From positions 200,074,001 to 200,138,000 of the forward strand of contig OZ024741.1 in NCBI GenBank assembly GCA_964016885.1: a stretch of 64,000 bases of DNA. Reading direction: 5' to 3'. Both the position numbers and the translations under genes were made by a program. The DNA comes from Eledone cirrhosa (taxonomy: Eukaryota). This document shows positions 11,765-25,400 of the stretch, piece by piece (the first letter of the stretch is position 1; the number at the start of each line of letters is the position of its first letter). Under the pieces are notes generated by a model. That model searched no databases. It was not told where the DNA came from and worked only from the letters and a program-made list of their open reading frames with translations.

Positions 11765-11791
<27 letters not shown>

Positions 11792-11797
<6 letters not shown>

Positions 11798-11940
11798 TCT
11801 GAAGACGGCATATATATGTGTTTGGTATGTATATTTAATTTTGATAGTTTGTATAATTTTGTATAATTTTGTACATAGATCTGTTGAATATGCATGCCAA
11901 TTCTAACACATATATATCCTAGAAACGATCGTTAAATAAT
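11792..11940 (+). ncRNA. Type-I hammerhead with ~116-nt stem II
   Basis: attattt CTGAAGA [11806-11921] GAAAC GATC GTT aaataat. Confidence 0.7.
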
Positions 11941-11997
11941 GAACTTTTTTTGTTTAATATAAGGAACTGTTTCATTGTTTTATTCATTATTTTTTTA

Positions 11998-12059
<62 letters not shown>

Positions 12060-12060
<1 letters not shown>

Positions 12061-12242
12061 GTAGTAGAATACTGATGGATTATATCAATAGTAGTAGAGC
12101 ACTCAGTCCACAGGATGAATTTGGTAGAAGTAGTTCCACAACAGTTATTTCACCATTACTGAGAACAATTGTTTCACCTTATTCGGATCATCAGCTTGGT
12201 TTAAATGAGGTTGTACAGAAAAGGAAAAATAACTGTACGAAT

Positions 12243-12245
<3 letters not shown>
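12060..12245 (-). mobile_element. PLE pseudo-LTR plus tail fragment (family of 48077-49950); HHR 12160-12198
   Basis: Minus strand CTGATGA tcc gaata agg t GAAAC AATT GTT ctc. Confidence 0.7.
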
Positions 12246-12289
<44 letters not shown>

Positions 12290-12658
12290 ATTTATGTAAG
12301 GCTGTTTACCAATGGGTAGAACCAGTGGTTCGGGCTGGTAAATAATGATGCAACAAATTAGTTAAAGCACTCAACGTTATGCAAATCATCCATCCTAGAT
12401 GTGGTATCCAGTGTTTTGTGCAGGAATGGAATATAGTATTCATTAAAACAACAACAGAAGGCAGGACTTGAAAACTTACTTTAGAATTTTAATTCTGTGA
12501 AATCATATTTTAATGGCTCAGCTCTATCATCCTATTATGAGACCCTTTATTCTGAGAAGTTGAAGTATTCAAATAAAATTCTCCAAATATTCCCATTGAT
12601 TGAGAAGATACCACTAAATTGACTGAACAACCCTCTTGAAATTCAGCAATATATAAAC

Positions 12659-13890
12659 AAAGGAAGTATGTTTGGAATGCAGCAAAAACAGTTTTAGAAA
12701 TGAAATAGAAATAGATGTTTTGCCATAACATTGCCTAAATAATATAGTCTAATAATTGTTTCTACTTTTGGCACAAAGCCAGCAATTACCCAGTGTATTA
12801 CTGGTACTTTATTCTATCGACCCCATAAGGATGAAAGGCAAAGTTAACCTCGGCGGGATTTGAATCCATATAATAGAGGGCCATAACTCTATGCTGCAAA
12901 GCATGGTGTCCGACCCTCTACCGATACTGTCAATCCACCGATGGGGAGGGAAAAGTAGATTGAATCAACCCCAGTGCAAAGGAAGTATGCTTGGAATGCA
13001 GCAAAAACAGTTTTAGAAATGAAATAGAAATAGATGTTTTGCCATAACATTGCCTAAATAATATAGTCTAATAATTGTTTCTACTTTTGGCACAAAGCCA
13101 GCAATTATCCAGTGTATTACTGGTACTTTATTCTATCGACCCCATAAGGATGAAAGGCAAAGTTAACCTCGGCGGGATTTGAATCCATATAATAGAGGGC
13201 CATAACTCTATGCTGCAAAGCATGGTGTCCGACCCTCTACCGATACTGTCAATCCACCGATGGGGAGGGAAAAGTAGATTGAATCAACCCCAGTGCAAAG
13301 GAAGTATGTTTGGAATGCAGCAAAAACAGTTTTAGAAATGAAATAGAAATAGATGTTTTGCCATAACATTGCCTAAATAATATAGTCTAATAATTGTTTC
13401 TACTTTTGGCACAAAGCCAGCAATTACCCAGTGTATTACTGGTACTTTATTCTATCGACCCCATAAGGATGAAAGGCAAAGTTAACCTCGGCGGGATTTG
13501 AATCCATATAATAGAGGGCCATAACTCTATGCTGCAAAGCATGGCGTCCGACCCTCTACCGATACTGTCAATCCACCGATGGGGAGGGAAAAGTAGATTG
13601 AATCAACCCCAGTGCAAAGGAAGTATGTTTGGAATGCAGCAAAAACAGTTTTAGAAATGAAATAGAAATAGATGTTTTGCCATAACATTGACTAAATAAT
13701 ATAGTCTAATAATTGTTTCTACTTTTGGCACAAAGCCAGCAATTATCCAGTGTATTACTGGTACTTTATTTTATCGACTCCATAAGAATGAAAGGCAAAG
13801 TTAACCTTGGCGAGATTTGAACTCAGATTATAACTCTATGCTGCAAAGCATGGTGTCTGACCCTCTACCGTTACTGCCAATCCACCGCCC
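12659..13890. repeat. Tandem array, 319-bp unit x ~3.9, each unit containing a SINE
   Basis: aggaagtatg at 12661, 12980, 13299 and 13618. Confidence 0.95.
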
Positions 13891-14184
13891 ATAATATAGT
13901 CAAATAATAGGGCATATAAACCCACTAATATATAAAAGATGTGTAACAGCGCACATGTGTGCTGATAACCATCTGTTTTAATCACATTAAATGCAATAAA
14001 ATCAAAATTATTTTATCTATGGTATTTGAACACTATAATAGAAGTGTATATGTGATTATTCTTGAAATCAATTAAATGCAAGTAAAGTGTTTGCAGTTTA
14101 TGACCATCAAAAATCAGAACTCAGCAAGTGACCTGGTTTAGTAAGAAAGGAATTGTGCAAGCAATGTAATCAGTAAAATAGTCG

Positions 14185-14312
14185 TCTTCTTCTTCTTCTT
14201 CTTCTTCTTCTTCTTCTTCTTCTTCTTCTTCTTCTTCTTTTTCTTCTTCTTCTTCTTCTTCTTCTTCTTCTTCTTCTTCTTCTTCTTCTTCTTCTTCTTC
14301 TTCTTCTTCTTC
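14185..14312. repeat. (TTC)n microsatellite
   Basis: Directly visible. Confidence 0.95.
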
Positions 14313-14856
14313 GCCCACTTATTTCTTGGAGTATTATGGGGGAAGATTTCTCAAGCACACTTTCAAGCAGGTTCCTGTCAGGAGTAATCATCTCCAATTG
14401 ATCCAGCAGGATGACCAGGCGAGACCAGCCAAGCTTATTAAAAGAGTCATTATGATATTTCAGACAGACTAAATGGAAATTAACACAACTAATATACTAA
14501 TTGCACAGACATAACAGATAGACACAGAAACTAACTTCAGTTTCTGAACTCCACAAATACGGAGATGATTCATAAGTAAATTGATTTCTTTGACAATTTA
14601 AATAATAGATGTATAATGGATTCTGTTTTTAATGTCAAGGACACTCATCCAAAGTAAATTGTTTGTTGATGGAGATTCTGACAGATGAATTGCTAACAAC
14701 TAAAAGAGGAATCTGTCTCATCCTTTGTTATCAATGTAATTGCTTCGAAATATTCTACTTTTTCTATTAGTATTCCATGATCTTCTCTTTCCATATTCCC
14801 TTGAACTAGTAATTTTACATTATATTTACATTTCAATGTCAATGGACAGAAAGAGT

Positions 14857-14993
14857 ATTAGGGTTAAGGTTAGTATTAGGGTTAGATTAGGTTTAGGGTG
14901 ATGGTTAGTGTTAGGGTTAGTGTTAGGGTTAGGGATAGTGTTAGAGATAGGGTTAGGGTTAGGGTTAGGGTTAGGGCTAGGGTTTGTGTTAGG
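14857..14993 (+). repeat. Degenerate interstitial (TTAGGG)n tract
   Basis: ttagggttagggttaggg with variants TTAGTG and ATAGGG. Confidence 0.8.
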
Positions 14994-15119
14994 CCTCTAA
15001 AAAAAGTAAGAAACAAAAATATGAAAATAATCTAAAACTATTGAAATACTGCAGGCATGGCTGTGTGGTTAAACATTTCACTTCATAACTACATCCATAC
15101 ATGTGTAAATGCAGTTATC

Positions 15120-17260
15120 ACAGGATGAATTTTTGAAATACCTTACATATTTCTACTGTTCCATTAATGGACTGCAACTTCCTGACTAGCTGTGCCCTAC
15201 CCTTTCTGTTTCTGTGAAGCCCAGTTTCTCAAGATTTGTACTGAGGCTGTTACTAACATATCACAACACCCCTATGATCACAGGTATAAATCTAAAGGTA
15301 TAGTCTGGGTGGAGTATCTGCAGATTCCTCATTAGTTCTGCATAAATGTTCTCCTTTTAACTTGTATGTATGTATGTATGTATGTATGTATGTATGTATG
15401 TATGTATGTATGTATGTATGTATGCATGTATGTATGTTCTGGTTTTATAATTTTATAAATTTTTACCACTAGAGAGAGAGTTGGTTTCTAACATAGATAC
15501 AAGACTCTCTCATTGGAATTTACACAACATCAACTAGGTAGATATGTATGGATGTCTGCATGCATGCATGTGTATGCAGGTATGGGTGTTATTGTATGTG
15601 TGGATGTGTATATTTTGAGTTATATATGTGCATGTGCACATGCTTTGCATCTGTATATGTCCACATGCAGTTATTAGATACAGAATTTTTGGAATGTTTT
15701 ACATATTTTTATTGTTCCATTAATGAATTGTACTTGTAATTTCCTAACTAGTCATGTTCTTTCTGTTTCTGAGAAGCCCAGCTTCTCAAGATTTGTAATG
15801 AGGCAGTTACTAACATATCCCAGAGCCCCAAAGATCACAGGTATAAATCTGAAGGTATTGTCAGGGTGGAGTGACTGCAGATTCCTTATTAGTTCTGCAT
15901 AGATATTCTCCTTCTCACTAATCTTTAATATTATATTGGCATCTTATTTCCACTACTGTGCATACCTTCTTTTCCCTGCCCATATCATTATATCTGGTTT
16001 GCTATGTTTGCATTTTATTGGGGTTTTGATTGGAACATTTCAGCAGTACTCTTTTATATTATGTATATGTCTTCCAGATTGCTGTAACTTTTAATATGTT
16101 TATTGTTGGGGCTATCTTTTCTATGGATTACATTGTATAGTGTTTTGGCCACTGCATCATGCTTCATAGGTAGATTGTTACAGATACCACCATAGGATAT
16201 ATTCTCATCTATCCATAGGTATCTGTAACTGGCCTTGTCAGATATCAGTGAAACATTTAGGCCATTGATAAAAATGCTTTCAAATGCTTTCCTGTAGTCC
16301 AGCCAGACTGTAACCATATTCCTCTCATGTTGTCACACCTCTGACATCACAGTTTTGTTAACTAAGAGTTGTTCAGTACATTAACAAACACATTTCATCT
16401 CAGCTACTTGCTCATCTGTGATAATGTTATTACTGTCACAGTGATCTGGGAGAAATAGGTTCTGGCAGGATGTATACATTTTATGCAATGGGTCAGTACT
16501 CTTTTGCCAAGTGGGCGTTTTTGTTCATGGGGACCAATATTGTTTCTGCTAATGTTAACCACCTTGGTATATGTTCATCTCCCTTGAGAGCTTGCTGGTT
16601 GATAAGATACATCCAATAGAATGTCAGTTTTTTGTAGCCAACAATCAAGTCTCTTCCTGGTGTTTTCTTATCTTGGAGTTTTCCTATCACAGTTTCAAGG
16701 GAATCCTCATTGATGTTGTATGTTTTTGTTGTAGTGTAGGAACAATAGTTCGTTTGGATTTCTTTCAGCCACATGGCATCTTGGTTGAATTTCTTCCCTT
16801 CCCCCCATATTTTTCTCCAGAAGGAATCTATGTCTTTCTGGAATGGGGCCTCAGTGTCATTTATTACTTTGCCCTTCATATATCTATAGACTGATGTTTG
16901 GTTTTGGCTGAATCTTTATTTAGTTATTTTTCGTTCAGACACCCTCTTCTTGTATTGAAGTTTCTCACTGACAGTTCTCAATTCTTGTCTAAGGATGATC
17001 AGCTTATATTGAAGAGTTCTGGTTGTACTGTCTCCAAACATTGTTTCTATTTTATTTCTATCCTTTGTTGGTGAGGAATGTATTTTTTGTTTGTTTTTGT
17101 TTGCATGTGTAGAGCATTGTCACATATCCTATAGTTTACTGTAGGTCAGCAATCTTTTTTTCTGTTTGTAAAGGCATTTTCTTTTTGTCAACATCACAGT
17201 TATCACCAAGATAATGTTTCACTGTCCTCAGGGCATATAAACAGATATTGATTTGCCAAA
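15120..17260 (-). mobile_element. Degenerate R4/Dong-clade element(s); 3' segment present twice (15120-15355, 15680-15915)
   Basis: FWRKIWGE, KTPGRDLI, WLDYRKAFES, KHDAVAK fragments. Confidence 0.7.
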
Positions 17261-17849
17261 ATGTAGGGGCTTAAATATTCACCACCAATTTCATCAATCG
17301 GATTTCAGTATTTGGTTTCTTACCAAGGAACTCAAAGAGTCAATTGTCGTGTGTAAATATGTATATATTGCATGGGTGTGTGTGGTGGTGGTGGGGGGGG
17401 GATTGATTGTGCACTTGTTTGTGCATGCATATATATATAAAAATAAAATTAAAAATTTAAAAAAAAATTTTTAATTTAAAAAAATCTTTTAAAACTTTTA
17501 AAACTTTTAAATAATTATTCTTATATATACTTTTTTTTTAACATTTTAACTCTCAAATGGAAAAAAGAAAATCCTTTGTGAGTTAAGGACTTGAGTTGTT
17601 GTTACACTTACTTTCTAAAAGAGGGAAACTTTGAAATAAAACCTGCAGTTGATGTGATTACTGGTCATCTGGCTTAGGTTTGTCACCAGACAATAATCAC
17701 TGAAACTTAGAGAGTGGTGCTCGTGTAGTACTAGCGTTTGCCACTATAATCTAATGGTGTACAAATATGTTTTTTGTGATGTTTTTGTGATCTTTTGTGA
17801 TCTTCTCATCTGTCATTTTATCAGCTGAATGTCCTGTGGTGCAGGAGGA

Positions 17850-20800
17850 GGTGCAACATGTGCAGACCAGTTGGAAGCACACATTTGCAAATCTGCACAT
17901 AGGTGGCAGGGGTCTTATCATATGCTCGTCGTTGTTCTTCCTTTGACAGGGGCTAACTCCGGTGGAGACGCCTGTGTCTGAGCAACCTTATTAGGGAGAG
18001 CACTGCTCACCCAAATTCTTGGGAAGGGGCTAGAAAAGGTGCATTAAAAATTTCCTATCACATCAACATTGGGTAGTTTATTGCGGCTATCGGCGGTTCA
18101 TTCCAGTAGGAAAAGAAAAAGTGAAGGACATAGTAAAACATTCATGAAAAATCAAGTGAAACTCAATATTTGCGGCTGGGATGTTAGAACCCTTTTGGAC
18201 CGAAACTCATCAAACCACCCAGAAAGAAGAACCGCTCTGGTAATGAAAGAACTCCAAAGATTAAATATAGATATTGCAGTCTTGTCAGAAACATGTCTTG
18301 CAGAGTGTGATCAGCTGACTGAATCATTATCAGGTTTCACACTTTTCTGGACAAGGAAACCAAACAGAGACTGGTGAGATGGTGGTGTAGGTTTTGCAGT
18401 GCGAGATACTCTAGCACAACATTTAGAGTGTCTCTCTACAATCAGTGACTGTATAATGAAGTTGCACATTCTACTTTCATGTGGGCGATGTGCAACAATT
18501 CTGTCAGTTTATGCTCCAACTCTCCAGGCCAGTGAAGAAAGTATTATGACATTTTATGAGTCCATTTGTATTGAAATTTCATGAAGAAAAAGTGATAAAT
18601 CTTGGTGATTTCAATGCTCAAGTTGGCAGAAACCATGAGACGGGATGTACTTGGCCATTACGGCATCGGTAAGATGAATGCCAATGGTTTGAAGCTACTT
18701 GAGCTCTGTTCGGAACTCAACCTAGCTATTTGCAATACATTCTTCTGCCAAAAAAAGGAGCATAAAGTTACCTGGATACACACAAAGTCAAAAGTGGCCA
18801 CATGATAGATTTCATAGCAACCCGGAGATGTGACTTGAAATGTCTGTAACACAGACTATGGTTTGGAGGAAGTTTCAGTTAGGTGTTCGGAAAAAGTCTT
18901 GTACATGTGGGATCAAAACACTGAATTGTATTGATGTTGGAAAGCTAAAACAGCAAGAGGTACATGAGGCTTTGAATAAACGTTTGGATAATATGGACTT
19001 TATGGACTTTGATAGAATGTGGATAAACTTCAGGGATCAATTGTATTCAGCAGGAGCAGAAGAACTTGGATTCAGGGCGAAGAAAAGCAAAAAAAAACCA
19101 GAAAGACTGGTTTGATGATAATAATCAGGTTATCAGCCAACTATTAAAGAAAAAACATCCTTTTTATAAAATGTTTTTGAGAGGATGCCCTACGAATATA
19201 ACTGCTATTAGAAAGATATACAAAGAATATAATTGTTTCTACTATTGGCACAAGGCCAGAAAATTACCCAGTACATTACTGGTACTTTATTTTATCGACC
19301 CCGTAAGGATGAAAGGCAAAGTTAACCTCGGCGGGATTTGAACTCAGAATGGCAAGGGCCGTAACTCTATGCGTCAAAGCATGGCGTCCGAACCTCTACC
19401 GATACTGCCAATCCACCGCCATACAAAGAATATAATGCCACCTTACAATGCGAGCTGAGAAGGCTTAAAATGAATGGCGTTTGAAGATCTCTGAAGATAT
19501 TCAAAGTGATTTTAACTCAAAGGATTCAAAACTAATTTATAGTTCTTTACATGTAGTATATGGTCCGAAAACTTCGTCTGTTGTTCCTATAAGAAATTAG
19601 TGAAAATCCTTAAGCATTAGCAAGAACATTTCACTGATATATTTGATAATCCAACATCAGTTGATCATGATGTGCTAGATGGCATCCCCCAATGTGTTGT
19701 AAATTTTAAAATGGATTATCATGAGATTAAAATGGCTATCAACCAATTAAACACAGATAAGGCATCTGGATCAGATGGACTCCCCATGGAAATGTTAAAG
19801 GTTGGTAATAAGAACATAACACAAACAATACTCCATCTCACCACAGGGTGCTAGGGTGGTGCTCCTATACCACAAGATTGGATAGATGGTATCTTGGTGA
19901 TTTTCAATAACTACCGTGCCATTACTCTGGCATCACAGAAAGTTTATTGATATGTTTGTCTGACTGAACAGAAATATGAAGGCTCGGTTGTCTTGAATGG
20001 AGAATTGTCCAATGAAATCTTTTTTGCTGTGATGCTGACTCATGCATTCCAGGGCTGTGCAAAGAGTGTTCTGCAAGTTAAAACTACAGGAACAGTCTTT
20101 GGCCTAAGAAGGTTCAATTTCAAATCCAAGGTGTTCCAAATACTAATTAGAGAACTCCTGTATGCAGACGATGTTGACTTTCTGGTTCACTCTCAAGTTG
20201 ACATGTGACACATTATGGATTGTTTTGCAGTTTCTTGTAATGTCTTTCGCATGAAAATTAATCTGAAAAAGACTAAGGTAATGTTCACCCCATCACCAGG
20301 GGAAGCATATATTGAGCCAAATATAATGGTACATGGAACAGGTTGGGTATAGTTGACACTTTTGTTTACCTGGGCAGTGCATTATTGAGGGATGGTTTGC
20401 TGGATGCAGAAATACACTTGCACATTCAGAAGGCCTTCAGAAAACTTGAAAAGGGAGTGTGGGCAGATCATAGCATCAACATCAAGACCAAGATTAGTGT
20501 GTACACAGCCTGCATTCTGAGTGCTCTGGTGTACTCTTCAGAAATGTGAACAGTACATTGTAGACCCTTTAATTTGCTTGAACACTTTAATCAAAAGTGT
20601 TTAAGACGAATCCTAAACATCAAATAGCAACAAAAAATACCTGATACAAATCCTTATAGATGCTGGTTGCATGAACATTGAAACTGCCATCATATCCTTT
20701 CAAATGTGTGGGTAGGCCATGTTTTGTGCCTGAATGAGGAAAAACTCCCAAAATAACTATTTTACAGTCAATTGCCCACTGGGAAACGCCCTCAACACAG

Positions 20801-21330
20801 ACCAAGAAAAATATATAAAGATTGCATAAAAAAAACAACCATAAGGTTCTACAGTTTGAAGTTCAGAACTGAGAAGTGTTTGCTTTAAAGAGGGTTGAAT
20901 GGAGAGGACATGTGAAGGAAGGCTGCAGAATGTTTGAAGAGAGACATCTTGACCATGAAAAACTTAAACGTCATCTTCAAAAAAGCCACAGTATGAACCT
21001 CAATAAGAACATAGAGAGCTGGTGTTGTGATGTGTGTGGTCATTTACTGCTCTTTAAATTTGGGTACATCGCTCATTGCATGGTGTGCCAAAAAATCTGC
21101 AAATCGATTTCTGGTTTTATAAGGCTTATAAGGGTACATAAGGATGACATCCCACAATCTGACTCAATCAACCCTTTAGAAGGCACATCTTTTGTCTTTC
21201 ACATTTGCTGCAGACCGTGCAAATCTGCAGCTAGACTTAAAAGCCGCCTAAGAGGACTTGAACAGATGTTTGGAGTTGGTGACGGTTGATAGGGGGTGAA
21301 TAGGGAGATTGCAATCATCTGCAAAAATGT
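17850..21330 (+). mobile_element. Near full-length degenerate RTE (BovB-like) LINE
   Basis: GWDVRTLLD, LSET, SVYAPT, KASGSDGLP, ELLYADDVDF, FVYLGS, C-terminal zinc fingers; many stops and frameshifts. Confidence 0.85.
19234..19420 (-). mobile_element. tRNA-derived SINE nested in RTE, 16-bp target-site duplication (TSD)
   Basis: TSD atacaaagaatataat at 19218-19233 and 19421-19436. Confidence 0.9.
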
Positions 21331-21639
21331 ATCAATCACCATGTATGTATGCATGTATTTATGTATGTGTGTATATTTCTGTCTGTGTTTTGTTTGTTTA
21401 TGTCCAATAACTTAGTGGTTTGGCACATAGAGATTGATCAAGCAAGTACCAGACTTTAAAAAAATGTAAGTTCTAGGGTTGATATAATCAACAAAACATT
21501 TCAATGTGGTGCCCCAGTTTGGCCCCAATCCAATGACTGAAACTTCAGAAAGAATGTCGTAATGCTGAACGTGAGTAAAACTGCATAAATCAGATATCAA
21601 TAGGAAAAAAGCGAAATAGATCATCCAACCATCTCAAGC

Positions 21640-23478
21640 AGGTGACAAAAAAGTCAGTGCTTGAATTTGAGCAGCGCATAGCAACCAACCCTGACAGTAA
21701 GGTGTTCTGGAAGTATGTTCACTCAAAGCAGAGGCCTCACTCTCCAGTTGGTCCTCTTCGCAATCCCCACACAAACCAGGTTACTGACGACCCCAAGGAA
21801 TGCACAGAACTCATTGCTGAATACTATGCAGGCATTTTCACTGTTGAAGACCAGAGTGTACCATCTCCACCACCTCTGACATCGGATTCTATTACAACTA
21901 TGGAATTTACACCAGCAATGCTGCGACATCAAAATAAATGCAACCATGCCTCTCCTGGTCTTGATGGTGCTACGTACCTGCACCAGCTATCACGCTTCTT
22001 CCAATTCTGTCTGAACAACGGTGCTACTCCGAGCAGTGGAAAACTGCTAGTGTCATTACTCTGTTCAAAAAGGGTGACCGTACATCACCTGTCAACTATT
22101 GTCCAGTCAGTCTTACTAGCTGCATTGCCAAACTGATGGAATTCTGTGTCAGAGAAACGCTTTGGAACTTCTGGAATTCTCACAGTCTTATCTGGCCCTC
22201 ACAATTTGGATTTATCCCTAATTCCAGCTGCTGTGATCAACTTATCGTGTTTCTTGAAGACATCACCAGGATCACTGATGGCGGCTCATGGGTGGATGTT
22301 GTTTACCTTGACTTTGCTAAAGCTTTCAATTCTGTGTCACACAAAAGACTTATGGCAAAACTCTCTGCAATGGGCGTGAAGGATGATCTTTTTAACTGGT
22401 TGAAGTCCTTCATTCTCAGTCAAAGAGAGGTAGTCACGGTTCTAGGATAGCATTCCTCACTGTATGAGATGTTATCTGGTGTACCACAAGGATCTGTTCT
22501 TGGCCCCCTTTTGTTTGTGGCATATATCAATGACATAGATGCCAACTTAAAGAATGCCACAGTACTAAAATATGCAGAGCACATCAAGCTGTACCTTGAT
22601 ATAGAAAGGATCCTGAACACTATATATCTTGCCTGCAATCTGACCTGGACACAATGCAACAATGGATCACGGGCTGGCAACTCAAGTTGGCTTTGGACAA
22701 ATGTACCACCATGCATTTTGGGAGTAAAAACCCAGCGTCCACATACTCCCTCCACAACACTAATATCAAGAAGTCTTCTTGTGAAGGCCGAGAGTGTATT
22801 AGCATCACTCAGCAAGACCTTTGTCAGCCGCTCTCCAGCTATTTATTTAAAGCTGTATATAGCTATGGTGTGGCCAAACTTAGAATTTGATTCACCAGTC
22901 TGGAACCCCTATCTTGTTCAGAACATTGACTGCCTGGAAACTGTTCAGAGGCGTGCAACCAAGCGAATACCCTCCATCAGGCATCTATCATACTCTGAAC
23001 GCCTTGCTTCCCTGGGCATGGATACATTGAAGCTCCGACGTCTGGCAACTAACTTGGTAAACACCCACAAAATTATCAACCATTGTGCCAACAACAACCC
23101 TGACTACCTTTTTGATTTTCATGTGTCTAACACACGTGGGCATGCCAACAAAGTCAGAAAACAGCACAGCTCCCATGACTTTCGGAAACATTTTTTCACG
23201 TTCAGTGTTGCTGAAGCATGGAACAAACTACCTGCATCAGTTATTAGCTGTCGAGACACTGCATCCTTTAAAACCTCCATGCTTCCTGAGATTCGCCAAC
23301 ATTATACCTGATATGCCCCCTCCATACACATGCACACATGTATTTCATGACTCGTACACTGTTCATTTTCCTGACATTTGTACATTATTCTATGTATTAT
23401 ACATGCACCTTTGATGAGTTGTAGTGCACCTGAGCACTGTACACAATATTTTCATTATTATTATTATTATTATTATTC
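21640..23478 (+). mobile_element. CR1-clade LINE, 5'-truncated, degenerate, (ATT)n tail
   Basis: KVFWKYV, SQFGF, YLDFAKAFNSV, SGVPQGSVLGPLLF, LETVQRRATK, TRGH, WNKLP. Confidence 0.9.
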
Positions 23479-24104
23479 TGAAATATAGCATTTTGGCATT
23501 CTCACATGGTCTCCTAGATAGCTGTGACATTATCACAGCTTAAAATATCCACCGCGAAACATATGTTTAGTGTAATTGTGTCTTTCAAGTAGAAACTAAC
23601 AGCTTCTACTGCCAACTTGAACCCATCTCTTAGGATTATCAACAATATGGTTGAGTGTAGAAAACACTAACTTATGCTAAAGTGTGGGTTAGCATAATCA
23701 ATCCAGAAGGACCTAATCCAGAACTGGTTGCGAACCAAATTTCTTAACCAATAAGCCATGCCTGCATCTATCTCAAAAGGCAAGTAGAGAACTATGAAAT
23801 TTTAATTAACTAAAAATTGTAGATATGTAGTGGCTGAAATGGTGATAGCTTTGCATGTTTTGGTTTTATGAGTCCTCTTAGCTAAGTATAATCTCATACT
23901 TACCAAATTGGTAGGCTTGCTAGAGAATGCAGTCACCCTTATGAAGAATTTCTAATGTTTTACTTTCTAATTTCTTAAGAAGACATATTTCTGTTTTGTT
24001 CTCATATCTGTGGAAGACTTTTAATTCTATTTCAGTTTAGGTGATGCTGTAGTATAGTCTTGGCCAAAATAGTAAAAACAAACTAAATAATTAAAGAACT
24101 AAAA

Positions 24105-24292
24105 TTATTCTATTTATTTCTTCAATTATCTATTTCACATAGAAGTTGAACAAAACACAATCCATCTGCTAATACATTAAAGTAAATTGTATAAAACGTA
24201 ATGTTTAATATCAATTTGCTTTAAAATATTTGCAGATGGATAATATTTTGTCCAACTTCTATGTAAAAGAGATAACTGAAGAAAAAAATAAT
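24105..24292. repeat. Diverged inverted repeat (MITE-like)
   Basis: Arms ~24105-24190 / 24212-24292 (catagaagttgaacaaaa / ttttgtccaacttctatg). Confidence 0.6.
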
Positions 24293-24544
24293 ATAATATA
24301 TATGTGGCTAATTAATGGGCCTGATTTTCATTTCTGTCTCCAATTGGTGCTTGTAATATCTAATAACATCTGAGTTATTCAAGATTTTTATTATTTACTT
24401 TTGTCAATTTAATCAATTCATTGGTATTGGAAGCTTTTCTGCTTTATCTGTTTATATCTTGCAATAAACATCTACATTCTCTTGATATATGATGGCTATT
24501 TATCTGAGAAGGTGAAATGAGAGTAACACTTATATTGATTCCTA

Positions 24545-25400
24545 ATTTAGGCAAAAGGCCAGCAAATGAGGCAGAAACACAAAGTTGATTTAATCAACCC
24601 CCAGAACTTGACAGGTACCTTATTTTACCACCCCCAAAAGAATGAAATACAAAGTCATTCCCAATGGGATTTGAACACAAAATGTACTACAAAACCTGTT
24701 GCCATTGATACCATCCAATATTATGCACTTTAATAAAGATTTCTAATTTATGCACAAAATTTGGGGGAAAGGCAAAGTTGATTACATCAACTCCAGTACT
24801 TGACAGGTACTTTATTTTATCTACACCAGAAGGATGAAAGGCAAAGTTGATTACATCAACTCCAGTACTTGACAGGTACTTTATTTTATCTACACCAGAA
24901 GGATGAAAGGCAAAGTTGATTACATCAACTCCAGTACTTGACAGGTACTTTATTTTATCTACACCAGAAGGATGAAAGGCAAAGTTGACATTGGCAGGAT
25001 TTAAACTCAGAACATAAAGAGCTGTAAGAAATAGCACAAAGCATTTGTCAGATGCTCTAACAATCCTTCTAGTCCATGAGATGGTATGGTATGGACCAAT
25101 AACTCCTGATGAATGCCATGTTGACATACATTTCTTAGGGCATTTTTAAACCTGGTAGAGCCCATCACTTCTCCAAGCCTGATCTCAGCAGATTTCTTCC
25201 AGAGAGGGATAGAGTGAGATAGGAAGTGATATAGAAAAGGAATTGATCCCAGTACTAGACTGGAATTTTTTTTATTGACTTTGAATGGATGAAAGGCAAA
25301 GTTGACTTCAGCAGGATTTTAACTGAGACAGCAGAGAGCTGGAACTAATACTGCAAAGCACTCTATCCAGCATTCTAACACCACCTACTAATCGATGCCA
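24545..25400 (-). mobile_element. Cluster of old SINEs, one with an internal 62-bp triplication (24768-24986)
   Basis: Repeated gatgaaaggcaaagttga cores. Confidence 0.7.

Noticed and set aside
12659-13890. Regularly spaced repeats as a CRISPR-like array
   Set aside because: Whole 319-bp units are repeated with no unique spacers; eukaryotic SINE content, no cas genes
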